From the NCBI GenBank assembly GCA_965261595.1, contig CBDHDG010000003.1, positions 32,001 through 96,000 on the forward strand: a stretch of 64,000 nt of DNA, in the 5' to 3' direction. This stretch comes from a bacterium (GTDB taxonomy: Bacteria > UBA8248 > JACPRG01 > G963555815). Below, in pieces: positions 1-8,927 of this stretch. Below the pieces are notes generated by a model. The model searched no databases. It was not told where the DNA came from and saw nothing but the letters and a program-made list of their open reading frames with translations. Position 1 is the stretch's first letter, and each line of letters opens with the position of its first letter. The position numbers and the translations under genes were made by a program.

Positions 1-61
1 GCGGAGGCCGCATGAGGTCGAATACCCTCACCCGAGTGTCCAATAACCCAGGGGCGGTCCA
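1..61 (+). mobile_element. Right end of a third copy of the 1404-bp IS3-family element
   Basis: Identical to the ends of the copies finishing at 10882 and 13113 (...GCATGAGGTCGAATACCCTCACCCGAGTGTCCAATAACCCAGGGGCGGTCCA). Confidence 0.93.
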
Positions 62-444
62 CTTTAGTATTGAAAGTCCTGAATAAGGTTTGCAACCCTC
101 ACCTTTTAGTCTGAGCAGCGCGATCGGCCGGTTGCTTTTGAGACACGGCATTGCCTGTCGCTTGCGTACTGCATTGCCCGCTCCTTGTCCTCGTGGGAGA
201 CCAACGGACACCCCAGGGGCAAGACGGAAAGGAAACGAGCTTACATCGTACGCCTCGCTTTCGCATTGTTTCCTCGTTCTCACCGTCTCGGAGACGAATG
301 ACTGGACAGGGCCGTGGCGGTGAGGCCGATCCTGTTAACCAGATACCGGGCCGGCGAAGTGTAACCTGCCCGTATGGCGCGCGATTTCTGATCGTAAAGT
401 TGGATCGTGCCATTTCCGCAGTCTGAAGACTGGCATCTTAGTCA

Positions 445-750
445 TCACCTTCCGGTGATTCGCCGGGGTAATTCCGGAGCGATTTCGGAGATATTCCTGC
501 TGATTTCCTTGACCTCGTCCCCCCGTCCGGCTCTCTCCATGTCCCGCGCAATGGCCTGGGCCGCGAACATGGCCGACCGAAGGAGCTGGATCTCATGCTC
601 CGTGCGGGGCCACTCGCTGTGGTCGAGTGCCTCCATGGCGAGCTCGACCACGACCCGGTTCGCCGAAATCCCCCGCTCCTCCGCCTCCTTTTCGATCCGT
701 TTCCATTGCCCGGGCGTGACCCGAATGTTCTTTTGCAGTGTCTGAACCAT
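445..750 (-). CDS. Small ribbon-helix-helix/CopG-like DNA-binding protein
   Basis: MVQTLQKNIRVTPGQWKRIEKEAEERGISANRVVVELAMEAL has the RHH strand-helix-G-S-helix pattern. Start placed at the ATG at 750. Confidence 0.55.
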   Translation of the reverse strand: MVQTLQKNIRVTPGQWKRIEKEAEERGISANRVVVELAMEALDHSEWPRTEHEIQLLRSAMFAAQAIARDMERAGRGDEVKEISRNISEIAPELPRRITGR

Positions 751-1430
751 CCGTTCTACCGATCCTTTCGTGAAGACTTCAGTCCATTCCGGTCCCGAAA
801 CAACCGCAAAGTCCAGCTTCTTTACACCGCACACCCTCGTCCCGGACCGGAGAAAACTTCCGAATGATGCCGGAGGCCGAACAACCAAATTGGTAGCCAT
901 CATAGCGCAGCGCGGATCCGCGCGCGACCAGTCTGGTATCGGGCGTATGCCGTTTGAGATCTCACTCGAACTCCAGGTGCGATGCGCCCTTCGATAAGTG
1001 TAACGATATCAGTGAGATAGCGCCGCATACCCCCGAGCTACCAGATTGGTAGGACTTTTGCCGGCATCACGGAGTCGTCGCAGGTCGTTGATTGCGCACA
1101 GGAATGCAGGACAAGCGCGCGCAGGGAGTACACATGCAGCCTGCTGCGTCAGGTGTGAGAGTAAAAGCGCCGACCGGCGTCCGACAGACCAAAATGTGAG
1201 GAACGAGCGAAGAGGGGATCTCCGCGGGCGCGGGACGCGCGGGGGAGCCGCCGCGGCGATTGAGCGGGTGGCCGTGCGGAGCACAGTGCATGGAGCGGTG
1301 CAGGACGGATTGAGCAGTGGGGTTCGCACCGGTGCGGTGCGAAGAGCGGCGGGCGGTGCGGCAGCGGGCAACGCGGAAGAAGAACGGGCCGCGCCGCCGG
1401 GTGGCGACGCGACCCGCGAGGTCGTTCGGA

Positions 1431-2354
1431 TCAGGCGGCGACGCACTGGACCGGGATACCGAGCTTGCGCGCCTTGTCGACCAGATTGTCGGTGATGCCG
1501 GAACCCGGGAACGCGATGACGCCCTTGGGGAGGAGATCGAGCAGTTCGTCATTGCGCCGGAAGGGCGCCGCGCGTCCGTGTGCGTCCCAGTTGGGCTTGC
1601 AGACGATCTGATGGACGCCGTTGCGGTCCGCCCACTTGGCCGCGATCTTCTCGACGCCGGGGCCGCCGCCGTGGACCAGGACCACATCGTCGTACTTGGC
1701 CTTGAGCTTCTCGAGGGTGCGGATGATGGCGCCTGCGTCGCCGGCGTGCTTGCCGCCTGCCACCGCGACGAGCGTTCCCTGGGGCAGGAGCGCCTTGTTC
1801 TCGCGGTCCCTGCGGGCACGCTGGAAGTCTCGGGCGTCGATCATGGCCGAAGTGAGCTTGCCGGTCTGGGAGGTGTGGGACCCGCGCCGGGGCCGCCAGA
1901 GGTCTCCGGTCTCGACCCGGTAGGCCTCGGCCGCTGCATCTCTGAGTTGCTCGAAGGCGTCTCGCCGGTCCGTGAGGTTCTTGGTTCGGTCGGTGACGAG
2001 TTCGAGCTCTCGGGACCGGATCTCCGAGCCGTCCTGCTCTCGCTGGAGGTCGCGCATGTCGGGGAGGAGCCTGTCGGCCGCGCGGTCGAGGCGTTGGGTC
2101 TGGGCGTCGAGCATGTTGACGAATCCCCAGAGCAGGCTCTCGCGCTCGTCGGCGAGTTGCGTTCCGTCGGGGGCGACGCCGTGTGCCATGATGCGGAAGG
2201 CTTCCGTGACGGCGGAGAGGGCGTTCTCCGGGTCCCAGACCTCCCGGTTGTCGAATTCGTCGCGCTCTGGAGTCGCGCCGAAGAGAGCCGCCTGCTCGCA
2301 GACGGTGGCGGTGACGGACTGGTTCTGTTCTGAGATGTTGTCGATATCGTGCAT
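1431..2354 (-). CDS. DUF2493 / YspA-related SLOG-domain protein (plasmid/ICE type)
   Basis: AAGGAG RBS before ATG 2354. C-terminal SLOG motifs VAVAGG, LVHGGGPGVEKIAAKWA, AAPFRRND, IAFPGSGIT. Confidence 0.85.
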   Translation of the reverse strand: MHDIDNISEQNQSVTATVCEQAALFGATPERDEFDNREVWDPENALSAVTEAFRIMAHGVAPDGTQLADERESLLWGFVNMLDAQTQRLDRAADRLLPDMRDLQREQDGSEIRSRELELVTDRTKNLTDRRDAFEQLRDAAAEAYRVETGDLWRPRRGSHTSQTGKLTSAMIDARDFQRARRDRENKALLPQGTLVAVAGGKHAGDAGAIIRTLEKLKAKYDDVVLVHGGGPGVEKIAAKWADRNGVHQIVCKPNWDAHGRAAPFRRNDELLDLLPKGVIAFPGSGITDNLVDKARKLGIPVQCVAA

Positions 2355-2466
2355 GATGCTCTCCTTATGGATTGAGTGTAGAGAACCGTTATGGTTCGTT
2401 GTGCGGAGAGAGTCTCCGAACGTGATGGTTGAGTGGCCCACGCGCGCGCTGCAAAGCCACCGTGGC

Positions 2467-2585
2467 CGCAAGGCTTGGCGCGGCGAGAAGCGCGAGTGGT
2501 GCGGGCGCACAAGCGACCGCAGGGAGCGCGGAGCCTCGGTCGCGGTTCTTGCCGCGCCTAGGCGCTTCAGCGCCGTAGCCTTGCG
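2467..2585. other. Large branched hairpin in the leader upstream of the SLOG gene
   Basis: CGCAAGGCT (2467-2475) pairs with AGCCTTGCG (2577-2585). 2477-2495 pairs with 2540-2558. Side hairpin GGCGC-TTCA-GCGCC (2561-2574). Confidence 0.55.
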
Positions 2586-2859
2586 AGCCAGGGCCGGAAC
2601 GAAGAGGAGGACCCCGCCGGAGGCGGGGTTGGCGCAGCGAGCACGTGTGGGACAATGGGCCATCACGTCGAGAGGGATATTGTTTGTCACTGTCCCGGAC
2701 GCCCTGTGCGGTTCCGGGATTGAGATGCGGGTCTCGGGCGCCGGCCCGGCAAGCGGACTCCTCACCAACTTGCAAGGGGGTAGTCCTATGGATTTGTGGA
2801 CGAGTCCTGAGGACCGGCGCGAGCCCTGCGGGCCGTATGGACAAGTCCGTGGACAACGC

Positions 2860-4230
2860 TTACGCGTTGCCCACCGCGCTGCCCACACTCTCGCCCCTCT
2901 CGCCCACAAGCTCCACAGGACCAACAACAGATGATTCAATTGAGATTCCATTGACCGCTTCGCGGTGTGAACCTGCTGCAGCGCTGGCGTGCTGCGGGTC
3001 GAACAGTGTCTGGTCGCGAAGCATGGCGCAGGCGACATTGAGGAGGCGGTCTGCGACGGAGCGCAGCGAACGGGCGTGGCCGTGGCCTCGGGAGCGAAGC
3101 ACCTGGTACTTGGCTTTGCAGACGAGGTCCTTCTGCATGGCCACGCGTGCCCAATGGTAGGTGGCATTGCGCAGGCGACGATGCGCGGCGCGTCTGAGGG
3201 AGACGCGCATGCTCTTGCCGGAGCGCTTGGTGACGGGCGCCACGCCGCACAAGCAGCGCAGCGCGTGGTAGTCTCGGCGCTGCAGAGCGTCATCGGCCTC
3301 TGCGAACAGCGTGGCGAGGACAACCGTGCCGACTCCGGGCAGAGAACGCAGGATAGCCACGTCACGCTGTTCTTTGTGTTGCCCCGGTTCGGAACTTTCG
3401 TCCGGATCGGGGGCGGCTTCGGCGAGCTGGGTGACGAGCGCCTCGAGACGTGAGTTGGCCTCTGTCAACTGCTGGTTCACGAGCGCAAGCTGCTTCGCAA
3501 TGATGCGGGCGTGGGTCTCGGCGGCGCGTATTGCGCTGGGGTCGATGTCGATGGCGCGCGCGGTAAGCTGGTCGCGGAGCTCCTCGGCGGTGATACGTCG
3601 AACGCGGTGCTTTTTCAGAAGCTTCTCGAGCGTGGAAAGCCGGACGCCGCGCACGGCCGCGGGCGTCGGCACGCGGTTCCAAAGGGCCAGTGCCCAGTGA
3701 ACATTGAAGTCCTCCACGACATTGATGAACTCGGGGTAGTAACGCCAGAGCTGGTCGCACATGCGATTGGACAGGCGCACCCGCTCGCGCGTCAGGCTCT
3801 CGACGATGCGGGACCACTCGCGCAGCTCGACGATTGCGGGAGCCGTTGGTTTGACCCGCAGCAGCCGGTGCGGGTCGGTGCGTAGCGCCGACGCCAGCAC
3901 CAGGGCGTCGCGACGATCGTCCTTCGCCCCGGCGTGCGAGTAACGGTCGCGGAAGCGGTCCAGTTGCCTGGGGTTGATGGAGTGAACGGCGAAGCCGCAT
4001 CCGAGGAGCGTTTCGACCACGGGTCCGCGAGGCGTCTCGATGGCCACGCCGACCTGGTCCGCCGGCGCCTCCTCGGTGCCGGACAGAATCCAGTCCGTCA
4101 ACGCGGCGAAACCGGCGCCGCCGTGGGCGAACGCATGCTCGGCTCGAACGTCGCCGTTCGCGTCGAGGATGCAGGCCTGGTGGATTCGGGACCCCCAATC
4201 GATTCCGACAAACCACTTGAGATCTGCCAA
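2860..4230 (-). CDS. IS110-family recombinase/transposase
   Basis: RuvC-like DEDD motifs (VGIDWG, AIETP, KDDRRDA), LRSLPGVG, and APVTKRSGK with the catalytic Ser. TTG start after AGGGAGGG RBS. Confidence 0.95.
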   Translation of the reverse strand: MADLKWFVGIDWGSRIHQACILDANGDVRAEHAFAHGGAGFAALTDWILSGTEEAPADQVGVAIETPRGPVVETLLGCGFAVHSINPRQLDRFRDRYSHAGAKDDRRDALVLASALRTDPHRLLRVKPTAPAIVELREWSRIVESLTRERVRLSNRMCDQLWRYYPEFINVVEDFNVHWALALWNRVPTPAAVRGVRLSTLEKLLKKHRVRRITAEELRDQLTARAIDIDPSAIRAAETHARIIAKQLALVNQQLTEANSRLEALVTQLAEAAPDPDESSEPGQHKEQRDVAILRSLPGVGTVVLATLFAEADDALQRRDYHALRCLCGVAPVTKRSGKSMRVSLRRAAHRRLRNATYHWARVAMQKDLVCKAKYQVLRSRGHGHARSLRSVADRLLNVACAMLRDQTLFDPQHASAAAGSHREAVNGISIESSVVGPVELVGERGESVGSAVGNA

Positions 4231-4261
4231 TTCGTCTCCCTCCCTAATCTGTGCGATGGTG

Positions 4262-4445
4262 GCTGGGCCTGCCGCGACGCCTGCCGACTCCTGTACTTGG
4301 CGCTCAAGGCGCTAACTCCTCACGGGGCATCCGTCGTGGCAGGACCGCCGGGGCACCTGTCCGCTTGAGGTGCTGATGGCACTGAGCGCGCAAGGGTTGC
4401 TCCCGGCGGCCTGCCCAATTCCGTGCTATTGAAGCGCAGAGTCAC
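4262..4445 (-). ncRNA. IS110 bridge RNA (5' stem-loop, target-binding loop, donor-binding loop); ends approximate
   Basis: Two internal loops closed by stems (4345-4352/4402-4409 and 4268-4279/4332-4343), each with a central hairpin flanked by guides matching the target or donor sequence. Confidence 0.85.
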
Positions 4446-5106
4446 TTATAAGAGGTACAGGAGCGCGCAGCGAGCGCCAGCGAGCGGAGGCGATAGGGAT
4501 AGAAGCGCAAATCGGAGCGGAGCGGAGATTGCAGCGGGGAGCCCGGCCCGAAGGGATCGCCCGAAGACGGCATGGCCCGTCACCGCAACGGACGCGTATC
4601 GACGAGTCGCTCCGCAACCTCGCAGGCGAGATTGCCATCGTGGTAGAGCCTCGACTCGTACGGGCGATGCTCCTCGAGGTAACGGATTGCATTTCGGTTC
4701 TCCTTCCGTGTTGCCGATGCCCGGGGCCCTCTCTCTCCCTCCTCGCGGCGTTCGCCCTCTCTCCCGCTTCACTCTCCCCTCCGTTCCGCCAGAACGGAGG
4801 CCGCCCATGCCGCGCGGCGCGGGCGAGGACCTGCCCATGGCAGGGCAGCGGCGCGCACCGGCAGGCCAGCGGCTTTCCGTGAAGGGCGGCGAGTTCGTCG
4901 AACCCGACCTCGGCGGCGCGAACGCGGCGCCAGAGATCGGCGCGATAGCGCGCGATCACTTCATCGCGCGGTCCGTCCGGGCCGATGCGGAACCGGTTTC
5001 CCCATTGAGAGCGGCGGTCGATCCGCACGGTCCCGCCGTGCTCCGCCTTGCCGTCGAGCGCCGCCCGCAGGGCGGGCGCATGCCTGAGATTGACGATGTG
5101 CGCCAT
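4426..5106 (-). CDS. DUF4326 domain protein (recognisable domain ends near 4810; 3' extension doubtful)
   Basis: Motifs RIDRRSQWGNRFRIG...RDEVIARY and LHGKPLACRCAPLPCHGQVL. The stop codon lies inside the IS110 end. Confidence 0.7.
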   Translation of the reverse strand: MAHIVNLRHAPALRAALDGKAEHGGTVRIDRRSQWGNRFRIGPDGPRDEVIARYRADLWRRVRAAEVGFDELAALHGKPLACRCAPLPCHGQVLARAARHGRPPFWRNGGESEAGERANAARREREGPGHRQHGRRTEMQSVTSRSIARTSRGSTTMAISPARLRSDSSIRVRCGDGPCRLRAIPSGRAPRCNLRSAPICASIPIASARWRSLRAPVPLISDSALQ

Positions 5107-5130
5107 GCTCTCTTTCTCCTTTGGAGCCGT

Positions 5131-6162
5131 TCATCCCTCCCCCGCTCTTCCCTCCCTCTCTCCGACCCGCTGCGGCGCGGGGAACAGGGCGGCGAGCCGA
5201 AGGGCCAGGGCCCGGGGTCCGAGGGTAACGAGGTCGTTGTTGAAGTCGCCGTATTCGGAGACGATGACGTGGGCGGCGACGCCCGCCCGCGCGCAGCGCC
5301 GGGCGAGGCGTTGGGCGGCCCGTTCGCCCTCGGAATCGTTGTCGCGGGCGATGACGAGCCGTTTGAGCCCGCCAGGCGGAGCGAAGGCGCCGAGGCTTCC
5401 GGCCGAGAGCGCGGCCGCCGAAATGACCCCGGGCGCCGCGGTGACGATCGACAGCACCGTCTCGATGCCTTCGCCGACGAGCAGCGAAGCGCCGTCGGCG
5501 GGCCTGCCGAAGCACACGGCGCGTCCGTGGATGCGGCCGAGCGCCTTGCGCGGGGCCGCGACGTCCGCCTTGGCGGGCAAGCGCGAATCGAGCCAGGTGC
5601 GCTGCACGCCGTGGATGGCGCCGTCGTCGCCGGTCACGGCGGCGACCAGCGCCGGAAAACGGCGCAGGGAAGAGCCTTCGCGATAGCGAAGCTCGGGATG
5701 GAAGCGCAATGCCGGGAACCGGCAGCGCGCGAGTCCGCGGGCGTGGAGGTAGGCCTCGGCATGGGTGCCGTCGATGGCGCGGCAACGCCGCCAGAGGCGG
5801 CGGGCCGCTTCTGTTGCGTCGTAGCTCCCGCCCGACGCCGGCGGAGCCGGCAGGGCGAGGAAGGCGCGGGCCTCGGCGAGCGCCGCGCGAAGCGTCGGCG
5901 CGCCCGAGCGATGCCGGACGAGATCGAGCAGGTCCCCGTGCTCTCCGGTGGCCGCGTCGGTCCACTTGCCGGGGACGCCGGGACCGTGCAGGCGGACGAA
6001 GAGCGAGCGGCCGCGAGCGCCTTCGAGATCGCCGGCGACCCAGTACCGGCCCTGCTTTTTGCCCTGGGGCAGGTAACGCCGGCAGACGGCCTCGGCGCGC
6101 GCGCCGAGCGCGGCGGCGATGTCGGCGGCGGGAGATGCGGGACGGGACGATGGGGGCGGCAT
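5131..6162 (-). CDS. TOPRIM-domain primase-like protein (plasmid/ICE type)
   Basis: GAGGAGG RBS. N-terminal GKWTDAATGEHGDLLDL, then AEAYLHARGL, HGVQRTWL, and TOPRIM motifs VGEGIET and IARDND. Confidence 0.85.
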   Translation of the reverse strand: MPPPSSRPASPAADIAAALGARAEAVCRRYLPQGKKQGRYWVAGDLEGARGRSLFVRLHGPGVPGKWTDAATGEHGDLLDLVRHRSGAPTLRAALAEARAFLALPAPPASGGSYDATEAARRLWRRCRAIDGTHAEAYLHARGLARCRFPALRFHPELRYREGSSLRRFPALVAAVTGDDGAIHGVQRTWLDSRLPAKADVAAPRKALGRIHGRAVCFGRPADGASLLVGEGIETVLSIVTAAPGVISAAALSAGSLGAFAPPGGLKRLVIARDNDSEGERAAQRLARRCARAGVAAHVIVSEYGDFNNDLVTLGPRALALRLAALFPAPQRVGEREGRAGEG

Positions 6163-6356
6163 GACGGGCCTCCTCTGGATGAACGGGGAACGCCCGATAC
6201 CGGCCGGCCTCCGCCTCCGGCCGGCGCCGGAGGACGAAGCGCCGCGCGTAGCGCTGGCGCGAGGCCCGAACGGGCGCTGTCTCGGAACGGGCAGCAAGAA
6301 AAAGGGCCGACGCGCGAAGCGCCGGCCCAGGTAGAGGGAGGAAACGGAATGCGCGC

Positions 6357-6585
6357 TCAGAACGGGATGTCGTCGATGGGCGCTTCGGCGGACGGCGTCT
6401 CCGCCTCCGCGACCGGCGCGCCGTTGCCGTTGGGCTTGTCGAGGAACTGCACGCGCCCGCCCGGAACCAGCAGGATCTCGGTCGAGAACCGGTCGGAGTC
6501 CTCGTCGTCCTTCTTCCAGCGACGGGTCTGCAGCTTGCCCGCCACATAGACCAGCCGGCCCTTCGTCGCGTGCTTCTCGAACATG
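6357..6585 (-). pseudogene. ssb: Single-stranded DNA-binding protein, 3' half only
   Basis: KGRLVYVAGKLQTRRW...RFSTEI and the acidic tail IDDIPF. The 5' half is replaced by AT-rich DNA from 6586. Confidence 0.88.
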
Positions 6586-6682
6586 TATTCAATAGTTTTT
6601 ATGTGATATAACCTATTGAATATAAATAATTTATTGATAAATAGATTTACTAGATAATGATTGTCAACACTATTGCAACACG
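6586..6682. other. AT-rich att-like junction
   Basis: Perfect 10-bp inverted repeat TATTCAATAG (6586-6595) / CTATTGAATA (6613-6622), followed by tandem GTCAACAC/TGCAACAC. Abrupt drop in GC content. Confidence 0.45.
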
Positions 6683-6970
6683 ACGCATCGATCATAAACA
6701 CGACATCGCTTGCCTACGCCCGGGTGAGAACGGCAACGATATTCCGGTTCGGTGGGGCGTTCAACCTCCGCAATCCGAATGGCCATTTATGGGATTTCCC
6801 ACAATTTCCCTTGGTGGGGTGACCGCCCTGCGGCAGCCGGCACAGTCGTCAACGTCGGTCTCCAACGCTCGATAAAATCCGACGGCCACGAAAGCCGCCA
6901 GCCAGGATGGGAACGCTCCAGGAACCCTCTCGGAACTCCCCGGGATCGCCCCGGCCCTGCTCATCCGCAG

Positions 6971-7123
6971 CACATCCTCGCTCCGTATCCTTCCATGAAG
7001 CACAGAATCGCGCTTACAGCCTGGGGCAGGATAGATACGCTCGACGCTTATGACGAGAAGCGAATCACCGCCTTCATCAACGCCTTTCGCGGTATCGACC
7101 ATCACCCGCGAAGGAGGAGATAG
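6971..7123 (+). pseudogene. C-terminal remnant of a DUF3105-like protein
   Basis: HILAPYPSMKHRIALTAWGRIDTLDAYDEKRITAFINAFRGIDHH resembles DUF3105 C-termini. No N-terminal part is visible. Confidence 0.55.
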
Positions 7124-7160
7124 GGTTTCTCCAAAGAACAAATGCGCCCGAGCGGGCTTC

Positions 7161-8927
7161 TCAACTCCCCCCGCCGCGCGCCGTTCCCGTAGGTTCCACG
7201 CGAACGGTCACGATGTCCGTGTCGTGGTATTGCTGGTGGCGAACCGATGAGGCGAGGTGGCGCAGTAGCCTGAGCGAGACTTCGCGCTCAATGGGCGCGG
7301 CGGCTGTCTGATCGCCGAGCAACACGATTTTGTCCTGCAGGTTCTCCTCCCCGCCCGAAGCAATGAACTCCAGCACCGCGCCGCCGTCTTCTTTGTGCGC
7401 CACCACGAGCAGGCGTCGGGGGCCGCGTTCCTCGTCAGCCTCATCCTGGCGCAAAAGCGTCAGCAGCGTCTCTTCGCCCGCGGCGTCGAGGCGATGCGCC
7501 ATCGCCTCGTCCCAGCCGCCGGCCGAGGCGAACTCACCGAAAAACTTCCTTATCTTCGGTAGAGCCGATATGTCGAACGCCACCTCGAGACGGCTGCGCC
7601 GCGGCTCGGTGAGTTCGACGAACATGATCACGGCGACGAGGCCGCCGGCCGTCATTCCGTTGTTCAGGAGCCCGCCTGCGAACGTGGAGAAAAATTCCGG
7701 ATATATGACGCCGTTCTGGAAGCCGACGCCCACCCAGAACGCGACGCCCGCGACCAGCCCCTTGCGGTAGTCGATTCCGTCCTGGACGACCATCCGCATG
7801 CCGACCACGAAGAGCATCGCCAGCAATACGGTGATGTAGGCCGCGGCGACCGGGGTCGGTATCGCCAGCACCACGGCGACCAGCTTGGGCAAAAACGCAA
7901 GGGCGAGAAACACCACTCCGGCGGCGATGCCGACCGAGCGTGCGCCGACGCCGGTGAGTTCGGTGGCGGACACGCTCGTCGAATAGGTCGTGTTCGGCAC
8001 CGTCGCCAAAAGGCAAGAGATCAGGTTGCCCACCCCGTCGGCGGCCACCGCGCCCTGCACCGCCTTGAAATCCACCGCCCGGGGCCGCCGCCAGGAAACG
8101 CGCTGGATGGCGGCGCCGTCGCCCACCGTTTCGATGGCGCCGATCAAGGTGACGAACACGAACCCGGGTAGAAGCGTCCAGAAAACCGGCCCGAGGCTCA
8201 GGTCCAGGCCCGGCCACGCGCCCTCGGGAAGGCCGACCCACGAAGCCCCGGCGACGCGTGCCGTATCGTAGATGCCGAACCAGCCGCCCACGAGCGAGCC
8301 AGCGACCACGCCGACCACCGGCGCCCACAGGCGCAGCGCGCCCGTAGCCTTGAGCGCGATGGCGAGGATGACGGCCACGGTCACCAGCGCGCTCAGCGCA
8401 GCGGCGAGCGGCGGGCTGCCCTTCGGCACGTCATCGAGCATCTTGAAGACGATGGGCATCACCGTTACCGCTATCAGCATGATAACGGTTCCCGCGACTG
8501 TCGGCGTCAGAATACGCCTGAACAGGGGGAGGCGATCGGAAAGAATGAACTGAAACAGCGAGGATGCGAGGACCAGCGTGGCGAGCATACCCGGCCCTCC
8601 CTTGGCGAGCGCAGCGATGCAGACCGCGATGAAGGCGCCCGAGGTGCCCATGATGAGAACGTAGCCCTCGCCGAAGCGGCCGACCCGGAACTCCTGGAGC
8701 ATCGTGGTCAAGCCGCAGACCGCTAGGGCGGCGAACACGGCCCACGAGAGATAATCCTCCGTTCCGCCGGCGGCCCGCACCACGATCAACGGCGTGAACA
8801 CGATGCCGCTCACGCAGAGGATGGCGAGTTGCAAACCCAGGCCGAAAGCGAGCAGGGGCGGCGGTTTTTCGTCGGCTTCGTAGCGTACGTCGGTATTCAT
8901 GTGCTGGTCGGAATTCTCGGCGCTCAT
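7161..8927 (-). CDS. NCS2 (xanthine/uracil) permease with a C-terminal HATPase/RsbW-like domain
   Basis: Multi-TM protein with GLTTMLQ, MGTSGAFI, IETVGD and the NAT-signature region PNTTYSTSV. Soluble ~140-aa tail. GGAAGGA RBS before ATG 8927. Confidence 0.85.
   Translation of the reverse strand: MSAENSDQHMNTDVRYEADEKPPPLLAFGLGLQLAILCVSGIVFTPLIVVRAAGGTEDYLSWAVFAALAVCGLTTMLQEFRVGRFGEGYVLIMGTSGAFIAVCIAALAKGGPGMLATLVLASSLFQFILSDRLPLFRRILTPTVAGTVIMLIAVTVMPIVFKMLDDVPKGSPPLAAALSALVTVAVILAIALKATGALRLWAPVVGVVAGSLVGGWFGIYDTARVAGASWVGLPEGAWPGLDLSLGPVFWTLLPGFVFVTLIGAIETVGDGAAIQRVSWRRPRAVDFKAVQGAVAADGVGNLISCLLATVPNTTYSTSVSATELTGVGARSVGIAAGVVFLALAFLPKLVAVVLAIPTPVAAAYITVLLAMLFVVGMRMVVQDGIDYRKGLVAGVAFWVGVGFQNGVIYPEFFSTFAGGLLNNGMTAGGLVAVIMFVELTEPRRSRLEVAFDISALPKIRKFFGEFASAGGWDEAMAHRLDAAGEETLLTLLRQDEADEERGPRRLLVVAHKEDGGAVLEFIASGGEENLQDKIVLLGDQTAAAPIEREVSLRLLRHLASSVRHQQYHDTDIVTVRVEPTGTARGGGS

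Larger units (their letters stand above)
2756..4462 (-). mobile_element. Complete IS110-family element, TC core (GA on + strand at 2756-2757 and 4461-4462)
   Basis: DEDD recombinase ORF. Both boundaries are defined by internal guide segments that match the flanks and the element ends. No terminal inverted repeats. Confidence 0.9.

Noticed and set aside
62..95. Minus-strand TTG start reading MQTLFRTFNTK into the IS end, a possible truncated gene start
   Set aside because: Only about 11 codons; too short to assign.
2355..3365. N-terminal ~337 aa of the 644-aa track ORF
   Set aside because: Off-frame read-through across the IS110 and the leader; the real start with an RBS is at 2354.
4423..6549. 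708-aa plus-strand ORF and similar long antisense ORFs throughout the window
   Set aside because: Shadow frames of GC-rich genes on the opposite strand, with no recognisable motifs.
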